Of a stretch of 64,000 bases of DNA, positions 50,021-58,431 are shown in pieces (positions within the stretch are counted from its first letter, which is position 1; each line of letters opens with the position of its first letter). The position numbers were made by a program, and so were the translations under genes. The stretch lies in the NCBI GenBank assembly GCA_963825525.1, contig CAWGTN010000002.1:1728001-1792000 (forward strand), given 5' to 3'. The DNA comes from an uncultured Chloroflexia bacterium. GTDB lineage: Bacteria > Chloroflexota > Limnocylindria > QHBO01. The notes under the pieces were generated by a model. That model was given only the letters and a program-made list of their open reading frames with translations, was not told the origin of the DNA and searched no databases.

Positions 50021-51244
50021 ATGGCGCTCGACGGGCAGCACCTGACCTTCCTCTTCGCCGACGTGGAGGGCAGCACACGGATCGCGCAGCAGCACGGCTC
50101 TCGTGCCACTGCGGCCCTGGCTCGGTATCACGAGCTGGTTGCCGATGCCTGCGAGAGGCATGGGGGCCGGATCTTCGAGCGGATCGGCGACGGCGCGTAC
50201 GCCACCTTCCCGGATGCATCGGGCGCGGTCGCGACGGCGAGCGAGCTGCAGCAGCGGATCGGCACCGAGGATTGGGGTGCCATCGGCCGCATGCGGGTGC
50301 GCCTTGCGCTGGTGACCGGCGAGGTCGAGGAGCGTGACGATCGTTTCTATGGACCCGCGCTGTTCCGAGCCGCACGGTTGCAGGATCTCGCCGCGGGCGG
50401 CGAGACACTCCTCGCGGGGAGCACAGTCGACGAGCTCGCCGGCGCGCTTCCGACCGGTGAGATGCTGCGGGACCTCGGCGAGCAGCGCCTGCGAGACGTC
50501 GAGGAGCCGGAACGGGTCTTCGCGCTGGTGCATACTGCGCGCGCGCGCTCCACTGGGGACGCGCACAACGAGAACATCGAGGCGCAGGGGACGGATGTGG
50601 TGAGTGAAGACGGACCCATTCGAGTGCTGCTGGTCGACGACCACGCCGTTGTGCGTCGTGGACTCCGCGGGTTCCTGGAGCTGATCAGGGACTTCGAGGT
50701 GGTCGGTGAGGCCGAGAACGGCCGCGAGGGCGTAGCCGCGGCCGAGCGCCTGGCGCCGGACGTCGTGCTCATGGACCTGCTGATGCCCGAGATGGGTGGC
50801 CTGGAGGCCATCGCCGCAATCAAGGCGGCGCACCCCGAGATCGAGATCGTGGCGGTCACCTCGTTCATCGAGGAGGAGAAGGTCACCTCCGCGCTCGAAG
50901 CTGGCGCGTCCGGCTATCTCCTGAAGGATGCGGAGGCCGACGAGGTCGCCCAGGCCATCCGGGCCGCCTACAACGGCGAGGTTCACCTGGATCCGGCCGT
51001 CGCGCGGCTGCTCGCCCAGCGCCTGCGACAGCGAAAGGATGCGGAACCAGTCGAGCCGCTCACCGGCCGCGAGAAGGAGGTCCTGGCGCAGCTGGCCAAG
51101 GGCGCCTCGAACAAGGAGATCGCGTACGAGCTCGGTATCACCGAGCGAACCGCGCGTACCCACGTCTCGAACATTCTCGGCAAGCTGGCGCTCGCATCCC
51201 GGACGCAGGCAGCCCTGTACGCGGTCGAGCACAAGCTGGTCTGA
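50021..51244 (+). CDS. Class III nucleotidyl cyclase domain fused to a NarL/LuxR response regulator (REC + HTH)
   Basis: FLFADVEGST, IGDG, RAARL; LVDDH.VVR.GL, LMDL.MP, GYLLK, LT.RE.EVL, NKEIA..L.I...T...HVS.IL.KL. Confidence 0.88.
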   Translation: MALDGQHLTFLFADVEGSTRIAQQHGSRATAALARYHELVADACERHGGRIFERIGDGAYATFPDASGAVATASELQQRIGTEDWGAIGRMRVRLALVTGEVEERDDRFYGPALFRAARLQDLAAGGETLLAGSTVDELAGALPTGEMLRDLGEQRLRDVEEPERVFALVHTARARSTGDAHNENIEAQGTDVVSEDGPIRVLLVDDHAVVRRGLRGFLELIRDFEVVGEAENGREGVAAAERLAPDVVLMDLLMPEMGGLEAIAAIKAAHPEIEIVAVTSFIEEEKVTSALEAGASGYLLKDAEADEVAQAIRAAYNGEVHLDPAVARLLAQRLRQRKDAEPVEPLTGREKEVLAQLAKGASNKEIAYELGITERTARTHVSNILGKLALASRTQAALYAVEHKLV

Positions 51245-51250
51245 GCGCCG

Positions 51251-51682
51251 ATGAACCCGGGACCGTCGCCGCGCGTCCCGGGTCTCGTGAGGATATCCCT
51301 GTTCCTCGGACTCGCCGCGGCGCTGGCGGCATGCGCCGCACAGCCCGACGGCGAATCTGGCGTCCTGGTGCCCGTCCCTACCCAGGAGCCGCAGCTTGCG
51401 ATCGGCGAGGTCGCGTGCCCGGCCGCGCTGCTCCAAGGAACGTTGGTGGCTCATCCGGAGGCCGGGCTTGCGGTCCAGGGTGACCCGTTGTTCCCACCTT
51501 CCGTCGTCGTATGGCCGCACGGCTGGACCGCGGCCGACGTGAATGGGGAGCGGTTGCTCCTCGACGGATCTGGGAGGACCGTCGCCCGCGTCGGCATGAC
51601 CATCTCGGCGGGCGGTGGCTTCTATCCGCCGAACGACGCATTCCACCCCTGCGGCGAGATCACGTTCAACGCGGCGCGCTGA
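51251..51682 (+). CDS. Hypothetical lipoprotein
   Basis: Lipobox LAAC; CPAALL.G.L, VWP.G, GGG pattern. Confidence 0.7.
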   Translation: MNPGPSPRVPGLVRISLFLGLAAALAACAAQPDGESGVLVPVPTQEPQLAIGEVACPAALLQGTLVAHPEAGLAVQGDPLFPPSVVVWPHGWTAADVNGERLLLDGSGRTVARVGMTISAGGGFYPPNDAFHPCGEITFNAAR

Positions 51683-51690
51683 CCGCCGGG

Positions 51691-52071
51691 TCAGCCCCCG
51701 ACGACCAGGGTCCCGTTCATTTCGGGGTGGAGGGCGCACTCGAAGAAGTAGTCGCCCGCGACGAGGGCCGGAATGTCGTACACGATGGAGCCATCGGTCA
51801 CGAGGTCTCCCTCGAACAGCTTCTCGGTCTTCGAAGAGTCGGTGTAGATGGCTACGTTGTGCGGCATCGAGTCGTTGTTGACCAGGGCAAGGGTGAAGGC
51901 CTCGTCCGCCGGTGCGGTGATCGTGGACGAGTCGAATGCCATGTCCGCGGTTGTGACCGTGACGTCGGCGGTCGACGGGTCCGTGCTCGGGTTGCCGGCA
52001 GTGGCTCCGCCGCATGCGGCCAGCATCGACACGGTGACCATGGCCAGTGCCAATTGATGGATGCGGTTCAC
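51691..52071 (-). CDS. Cupredoxin (type 1 copper) lipoprotein
   Basis: Lipobox LAAC; PHNV ... CALHPEM.G ligand set; GGAG RBS. Confidence 0.88.
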   Translation of the reverse strand: MNRIHQLALAMVTVSMLAACGGATAGNPSTDPSTADVTVTTADMAFDSSTITAPADEAFTLALVNNDSMPHNVAIYTDSSKTEKLFEGDLVTDGSIVYDIPALVAGDYFFECALHPEMNGTLVVGG

Positions 52072-52132
52072 GCGAAGTTCTCCACGAGGCGGGGCCGAGT
52101 GATCGGCCCACCGCCTCGATATGGCGAGGTGG

Positions 52133-52564
52133 TCAGAACGAGGCCGGGCGGAAGCGGCTGGGGACGAGGGGCGCGACCGAACCGAGCGCACTGCGGATGA
52201 ACCCGGCTGGGCTTCCGTAAACGCGCACGATGTCGATGACGAGCGCCGCGACCAGGGCTGCCTCGATGCCCTTGGCGATCCAACCCAGGGTGAAGTACGG
52301 GCCCATGACGAGATAGCCCACGATCGTGATCCCGGTGTAGCCGATCAGCGCCAGTCGCGGGAACCAGTCGAAGCGGCGGACAATGGCGATCGGCGCGGCA
52401 GCACCGATGACGAACAGGCCCGCCAGGCCGAGATAGCCGAGGCCGTTGAGGGTGAAGAGCAGGCCGCCAAGGCCAAGGTGAATGTAGGCCGTTGCGAGCG
52501 TCAGGGCCACGATGACCGTGGAGAGCAGTACGCCGGCCGCGCGGTTGCGCAGAAGCTGGGTCAC
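52133..52564 (-). CDS. Four-TM membrane protein
   Basis: GGGAGG RBS; TAYIHL, FTLNGLGY, KGIE. Confidence 0.7.
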   Translation of the reverse strand: MTQLLRNRAAGVLLSTVIVALTLATAYIHLGLGGLLFTLNGLGYLGLAGLFVIGAAAPIAIVRRFDWFPRLALIGYTGITIVGYLVMGPYFTLGWIAKGIEAALVAALVIDIVRVYGSPAGFIRSALGSVAPLVPSRFRPASF

Positions 52565-52782
52565 GAGCGAGATCCTCCCAAAAAGACATGTGGCGCCGGC
52601 TTCCCGGCGGGTGGTTTCGTAATCACAACTTTCCGGTTGAACCCCGGTCCGACGAATCGGACGGACGAAGCAGCAGCCGCACGGACATTCGGCGGACGCG
52701 GACTGGGCCGGATGACGTAGACGTTCCCGGGTGATCTCTCGGATGGCAGTCGAGGACCGATGGCGTATCCTCATCGCCGCCA

Positions 52783-55700
52783 ATGACCCGAGCACGCGCA
52801 CGCACCCGGCCCGCCAAGGCCAACCGGCCGCCGACTGAGCCCGCGGCCGGTCACTCGCTCCTGGGCCGCGCAGTCGAAGAGGCCGCCAGGCTCCTCGACG
52901 CCGACGGGGCCATGGTCTACCTGGTCGACCGGGACGCGAATCTCCTCAAGTTCGCGTGCGACGCCGGCATCCAGGACCCCGAGGCCAGGGAGCTGATCCG
53001 GACACTGTCGCTCCCGGTGGGCGTCGGCCTCTTCGGTCATGCCGTCTCGGCCGGGGAGGTCGTGGTCTCGGGCGACTACCGCCGGGATCGGCGATTCGAG
53101 CACTCGCCCGTCGCGGACCGGATCGTCATGACCGCCAACATGCGCTCCATGGCGGCCGCCCCCCTCGTGGCGGAGGGCGAGGTTCTCGGAGCACTCGGCG
53201 CGTACTCATCGCGCATCGACGATTTCAGCGAGGCGGAGGTTGCCCTCCTTCGGTCGCTTGCCGACCACGCCGCGGCCGCCATTGCCAACCAGCGGCTCAT
53301 CGAACGCCTGGCTCGCTCCCAGGACGAGCTTGCCCGCCGGGTCGAGGCCCAGCGCACGCTCGGCCAGATCTCGGCGCGCATCGCGCAGATCCGTGAGCCC
53401 CAGGAGATCCTGCAGCTGGTGGTCGAGTCCGCTCGACGGCTGATTCGCTCGGATGGCGCTCACCTCACGCTCATGCAACCCGATGGGCGTCACCTCCTTC
53501 CGACGGTCGTGGTGGGCGGCAACGCAGCGTGGAGCGAGATGTGGCTCTCCCAGCTCGAATTCCCGATCAATGGCGGGATCAACGGCCTGGCCGCCGGCCG
53601 CGGCGAAGTGGTGCACACCGAGGACTACCTGGTTGACCCGCGCATCCCGCACGCCGATGACGACCAGGCCGTGGCCGAGCGGCTCACCCTGCGAGGAATG
53701 GCGTCTGCGCCGCTGCGGGCACCGGGAGGCGAGGTCATCGGCACGCTGGCGGTCTCGTTCGCTGAGCCGCACAGCTTTGACGGTGATGAGCTGGACCTGC
53801 TTCAGGGCCTGGCCGACCAGGGCGCCATCGCGATCTCGAATACCCGGCTGACCGAGGAGCTCGAGCGCTCACGCGAGCAATACCGCTACCTGGTCGACGA
53901 GTCGGTCGACATCATGTGGTCGATCGACGCCGAGATGCGCTTCACATATATCAGCGACAGCGTCGAGCGCATGACCGGCTACCGCCCGGATGAGCTCATC
54001 GGGCAGCACGTCTCGATGGCCACCGCGCCCGAGTCGATGGATCTGGTGGCGAAGACCTTCTCCGAGATGCGGCAGCATCCGCACCGTGTCTATCGGCTCC
54101 GCATTCTGGAGCCGCGCAAGGACGGGTCGACGCTCCCGATCGAGATTCGCGGTACCGGCATCGTGGACGACGAGGGGACGCTCATCGGCGCCCATGGCAC
54201 GAACCGCGACATCACCGAGATCGCCCGACTCGAGCACGACCTCCGGGAACAGGCCGATGAGCTTGCGCATAGGGTCGAGGCGCAGCGAACCCTGGCCGAG
54301 ATGGCGGCACAGCTCACGTCGCTTCGCGACCCGTCCGCCGTCTTCGAGCAGACCCTGCGCGCAGCGGTGCGTCTTCTCAAGGGCGACGGGGGCCAGATCG
54401 GGCTGGTCACCCCGGGGGATGACGGCGTGCCGCGCTGGGGCGGCGGCCATTCGCTGGTCCATGACGAGCTCTCGCCGTTCACCGACGACGATCACACCCG
54501 CGCCGACGACGGGGTCTCGGGGCGTGCGATCAAGCTGGGCCGTGCGTCCTGGACCGACGACTACCTGCCCGACACGACGTTCACCCACGAGCCCGGGTCC
54601 GATCGGGTGGTGCGGGATCTCGGGATCCGCGCCGTGATCGCCGCGCCGCTACTGGCCGAGAACGGGCCGATCGGTGCCATCGGCGTGTACACCGAACGGC
54701 CGGGCACGTTCGACGCCGATGACGGCGAGCTGCTGAGCCTGCTCGCCGACCAGGCGGCCATCGTTCTCACCAACGCCCGTCTGAACGCCGAGGCGGAGAT
54801 CATCGCCGAACAGCTGGCGCGACGGGTCGAAGCGCAGCGCACCCTCGGGGACATCGCGGCCTCGATCACCTCGATCCGCGATCCGGCGACTGTGCTCAGC
54901 CGTGCCGTGTCCGAGGCCAAGCGCCTGCTCTCCGCCGAGCACGTCGTCATCCACCAGGTCCGTCCGGGGTCGCATGAGCTGACTGATTACCGGGAGGCAG
55001 TCGGCGCGGCGTCCGTTCGGCGCGCGCGCGATGGTTCCGCGCTGGGGATAGGACGGGGCGTTGCCGGCCAGGCGGTGCACGCCGGCCGCGTGGTACGCAC
55101 CGGCGACTACCTGGCCGATACCTCGTTCGAGCACGACGCCGACGCCGACGCCTGGATGGCGCGCAACGGATACCGAAGCCAGCTCAGTGCGCCGATGATC
55201 GGTGATTCGGGGCCGCTCGGCGCCATCAGCGCCTACTCCGCGCGCCTTGACGCTTTCGACGCCGATGACGGTGATCTTCTCGGAGCTCTTGCCAGCCACG
55301 CGGCCATCGTCCTCGGCAATGCCCGACTCTACGAGGAGCTCGAGCTGCGGGTGGAGGCGCAACGCACCCTCGCCGAGATCGCCGCCCAGATCACCTCACT
55401 CCACGATCCGCAGACGGTCATCCAGCGCGCGGTCAGCGACGCGGCTCGCCTCCTCGGGGCCGACCGAGCCCAGGTCAACCTGGCCGCGGACGACGGGCTG
55501 CACCTCGATCCGCCGATCGCGGCGGCACCAGACGAACCGACGCCCGACGACGTCCGCGTGCCCATCGGCTCCGGGATTGCCGGCATGGCCGCCGCCGAGC
55601 GACGGGTTCGCTGGACGGGCGACTACCTCGAGGACGACGCGTTCCCCCACGACGAGGGGGATGCCCGGATCGCGGCCCAGCAGGTGCACTCGATGATGTC

Positions 55701-56877
55701 CGCGCCACTGCTCGGCCCGGACCGCCTGATCGGGACGATCACGGTCCAATCCGCCGCCCCCGACGCCTTCGGAGCTCAGGACGCGGAGCTGCTCGCCGTC
55801 CTCGCCGACCAGGCAGCCATCGCGATCACCAATGCTCGGCTGTACGCAGAGGTCGAGGAGTCGGAGCGCCGGTACCGGCACCTGGTCGATAACTCACCGG
55901 ACATCGTGTGGAGCGTCGACGCATCCGGCCAGTTCACGTTCTTCAGCGATTCGCTCGAGGGGCGGACCGGCTGGAAGCCCGAGGACCTGCTTGGCAAGCC
56001 ATTCACATCGTTGGCGGCCGACGAAACGTTGGCGGCCGCGGCGGATGCATGGGAGCTGTTGAAGGCGGCGCCTGATCGCGAGCAGCGGCTGCGTCTCGAC
56101 CTGCCCCTGCCGGATGGGAGGATCAGCCAGGCCGAGGTGGCCATGACCGGCACCATCGTGGACGGCCGATTCGCGGGAGCGCACGGTTCGGTGCGTGATA
56201 TCAGCGAGCGCGAGCGGCTGGAGGGTGATCTGCGGCGGCAGGCTGCTGAGCTGGCGGCCGGCCAGGAGCGCGCCCACCTCGCCCGGGAGCTGCATGACTC
56301 GGTGACGCAGGCGCTCTTCAGCATGGGCCTGACGTTGCGAACCCTCGAGCTCGTGATGGGGAATGATCCCAAGGCGGTACACGACAAGCTAGCCGAGCTG
56401 CGTGAGCTTCAGAAGGATGCCCTGGCCGAGATGCGCACGCTCATCTTCGAGCTGAGGCCGTCCAGCCTGGAGTCCGATGGCCTGGTTCAGGCGTTGCGCA
56501 CGCACGCGACCGCCGTTCAGCGCCGCACTGGACTGACGGTGGTGATCGATGCCGACGACATCCAGCGGCTGCCCCTCGCCGCCGAAGAGGCGCTGTACCG
56601 CATCGGGCAGGAGGCGCTGCACAACGTGGTGAAGCACGCCAACGCGTCGTCGGTGACCATGCAGATCTCAGCCGATGACCGAAGCGTGACGCTGCGCGTC
56701 ACCGACGACGGCGTCGGATTCGACCCTGGCGCCGTGCCGCGCGGCCACCTGGGTCTCATCGGCATGCGCCAGCGCGTGGACCTCGTCGGCGGTGAGCTGC
56801 TCGTCGAGAGCCGGCCCGGCAGGGGCACCGTGGTCGAGGCAAGCGCGCCGAGCGCCATCGAGGCATCGGCCGAATGA
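52783..56877 (+). CDS. Cytoplasmic GAF-GAF-PAS-GAF-GAF-GAF-PAS histidine kinase (HisKA_3 type)
   Basis: Four RVEAQRTL linkers, DY..D in each GAF, two YR.LV...D PAS domains ending RDI(T/S)E, ARELHDSVTQ, QEAL.N..KHA, DDGVGF, GL.GMR.R. Confidence 0.92.
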   Translation: MTRARARTRPAKANRPPTEPAAGHSLLGRAVEEAARLLDADGAMVYLVDRDANLLKFACDAGIQDPEARELIRTLSLPVGVGLFGHAVSAGEVVVSGDYRRDRRFEHSPVADRIVMTANMRSMAAAPLVAEGEVLGALGAYSSRIDDFSEAEVALLRSLADHAAAAIANQRLIERLARSQDELARRVEAQRTLGQISARIAQIREPQEILQLVVESARRLIRSDGAHLTLMQPDGRHLLPTVVVGGNAAWSEMWLSQLEFPINGGINGLAAGRGEVVHTEDYLVDPRIPHADDDQAVAERLTLRGMASAPLRAPGGEVIGTLAVSFAEPHSFDGDELDLLQGLADQGAIAISNTRLTEELERSREQYRYLVDESVDIMWSIDAEMRFTYISDSVERMTGYRPDELIGQHVSMATAPESMDLVAKTFSEMRQHPHRVYRLRILEPRKDGSTLPIEIRGTGIVDDEGTLIGAHGTNRDITEIARLEHDLREQADELAHRVEAQRTLAEMAAQLTSLRDPSAVFEQTLRAAVRLLKGDGGQIGLVTPGDDGVPRWGGGHSLVHDELSPFTDDDHTRADDGVSGRAIKLGRASWTDDYLPDTTFTHEPGSDRVVRDLGIRAVIAAPLLAENGPIGAIGVYTERPGTFDADDGELLSLLADQAAIVLTNARLNAEAEIIAEQLARRVEAQRTLGDIAASITSIRDPATVLSRAVSEAKRLLSAEHVVIHQVRPGSHELTDYREAVGAASVRRARDGSALGIGRGVAGQAVHAGRVVRTGDYLADTSFEHDADADAWMARNGYRSQLSAPMIGDSGPLGAISAYSARLDAFDADDGDLLGALASHAAIVLGNARLYEELELRVEAQRTLAEIAAQITSLHDPQTVIQRAVSDAARLLGADRAQVNLAADDGLHLDPPIAAAPDEPTPDDVRVPIGSGIAGMAAAERRVRWTGDYLEDDAFPHDEGDARIAAQQVHSMMSAPLLGPDRLIGTITVQSAAPDAFGAQDAELLAVLADQAAIAITNARLYAEVEESERRYRHLVDNSPDIVWSVDASGQFTFFSDSLEGRTGWKPEDLLGKPFTSLAADETLAAAADAWELLKAAPDREQRLRLDLPLPDGRISQAEVAMTGTIVDGRFAGAHGSVRDISERERLEGDLRRQAAELAAGQERAHLARELHDSVTQALFSMGLTLRTLELVMGNDPKAVHDKLAELRELQKDALAEMRTLIFELRPSSLESDGLVQALRTHATAVQRRTGLTVVIDADDIQRLPLAAEEALYRIGQEALHNVVKHANASSVTMQISADDRSVTLRVTDDGVGFDPGAVPRGHLGLIGMRQRVDLVGGELLVESRPGRGTVVEASAPSAIEASAE

Positions 56878-56938
56878 CGTACCGCACCCGAGCCGCACGC
56901 CCCTATCCGAGCGAGCTCCCGATCGATAGGCTCGTGAC

Positions 56939-57322
56939 ATGTCGTTGCGAACCGTGCACCAGGCCACTCCGCGAGTGGTCATCGTCGACGCCGATCGGCG
57001 CGTGCAGTCGAGCCTGACCGACCTGCTCGCCGTGACCGAGCGGGTCTCGGTGGTCGGCAGCGCCGGCGACGTGAGGATGGCGCTCGAGCTGGTGGAACGG
57101 GAACGGCCGGATGCCGTCCTGGTCGATGCCCGCCTGCCCGACATCGAGGCCGGCGAGGCGTTCATCGCCGGCATGCGCCGCGCGTGGCCCGGGATCCGCA
57201 TCGTGAGAACGGGCTGGTCCGACGTCGAAGGGCACGGATCTCCAGGCTGCGACGATCCCTACGTGAGCAAGGCCGGAACTCCAGAGGAGTTTGTGGCCGC
57301 CATCGCCGACGCCTGCTGCTGA
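56939..57322 (+). CDS. Stand-alone atypical receiver domain
   Basis: VIVDAD, PDAVLVD..LP, V.K; TAGGCT -10 6 nt before ATG. Confidence 0.75.
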   Translation: MSLRTVHQATPRVVIVDADRRVQSSLTDLLAVTERVSVVGSAGDVRMALELVERERPDAVLVDARLPDIEAGEAFIAGMRRAWPGIRIVRTGWSDVEGHGSPGCDDPYVSKAGTPEEFVAAIADACC

Positions 57323-57332
57323 GCTCGTCCGG

Positions 57333-58397
57333 CTAGAGGTTCATCTCTCGCCGTATGGCGTCCAGCTCGGGCGCGACGGGGGTCAGCGAGCCCTCCTCCG
57401 CCTGCACGGCATCAGGATCTTTCAGCCCGTGTCCGGTCAGCACGCAGACCACCGTTTCGGCCGCACCGATGCGACCCTCGCTGGCCATCCGGCGCACCCC
57501 GGCCACCCCGGCCGCCGAAGCGGGCTCGCAGAAGACGCCCTCCATTCGCACGATCATGGACTGTGCCTCCATGATCTCCTCGTCGCTGACGGCCTCGATC
57601 AGGCCGCCCGACTCGTCCCGTGCCGCCTCGGCCAGCTGCCACGACGCGGGGTTGCCGATGCGGATGGCCGTGGCGATCGTCTCCGGTGCCTCGACAGGGT
57701 GCCCGAGGACGATCGGGGCCGCACCCTCGGCCTGGAATCCCAGCATGCGCGGCAGGGAGTCGGGCGGCATGCGACCCGCATCGGCATAGGTGCGGAACCC
57801 TCGCCAGTAGGCCGTGATATTCCCGGCATTGCCGACCGGAAGGGCCAATGAGTCCGGTGGTCGGCCCAGCTCGTCAACGATCTCGAACGCGCCGGTCTGC
57901 TGGCCATCCAGCCGGTCGGGGTTGATGGAGTTGACCACGACGGCGACTCCCTCGTCGCCCAGCCGTCGGACGGCGTCCAGTGCCGCGTCGAAGTTCCCAT
58001 CGACCATGGTCAGGCGCGCTCCGGCGGCGAGGGCCTGGGCCAGCTTGCCGCGCGCGACCTTGCCGACGGGCAGGATGACGTGGCACGGCAATCCCGCGGC
58101 GGCGGCGTACGCAGCAGCCGATGCGCTCGTGTTGCCGGTGGACGCGCAGATCACGGCGCGTGCGCCTTCACCAACCGCCCGATTGACGGCGAGCACCATC
58201 CCGCGATCCTTGAACGAGCCGGTGGGATTCGTGCCCTCGAACTTCAGGTAGAGGTTCTGAAGGCCAAGCTCGGTTCCGAGCCGTCGCGCGCGGACGAGCG
58301 GCGTGCCGCCCTCGCCGAGGGTGATGGGAAATTCCTCCCCGGGGCGACCGATGAGATCGCGGTATCGCTCGAGGAGGGGCAGCACGGCGGGGGTCAC
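57333..58397 (-). CDS. thrC: Threonine synthase
   Basis: LGEG.TPL, NPTGSFKDRGM, ASTGNTSAS, PVGNAGN, AIRIGNP, EPASA, TGHGLKDP. Confidence 0.95.
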   Translation of the reverse strand: MTPAVLPLLERYRDLIGRPGEEFPITLGEGGTPLVRARRLGTELGLQNLYLKFEGTNPTGSFKDRGMVLAVNRAVGEGARAVICASTGNTSASAAAYAAAAGLPCHVILPVGKVARGKLAQALAAGARLTMVDGNFDAALDAVRRLGDEGVAVVVNSINPDRLDGQQTGAFEIVDELGRPPDSLALPVGNAGNITAYWRGFRTYADAGRMPPDSLPRMLGFQAEGAAPIVLGHPVEAPETIATAIRIGNPASWQLAEAARDESGGLIEAVSDEEIMEAQSMIVRMEGVFCEPASAAGVAGVRRMASEGRIGAAETVVCVLTGHGLKDPDAVQAEEGSLTPVAPELDAIRREMNL

Positions 58398-58431
58398 GCG
58401 CCGAAGTATATGGAACCGGTCCGGAGGCGGC

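Noticed and set aside
53338-55375. Repeated GTCGAGGC.CAGCG.ACCCT DNA as a CRISPR-like array
   Set aside because: The copies are 500-950 bp apart, in frame, and encode the RVEAQRTL linkers of the kinase.
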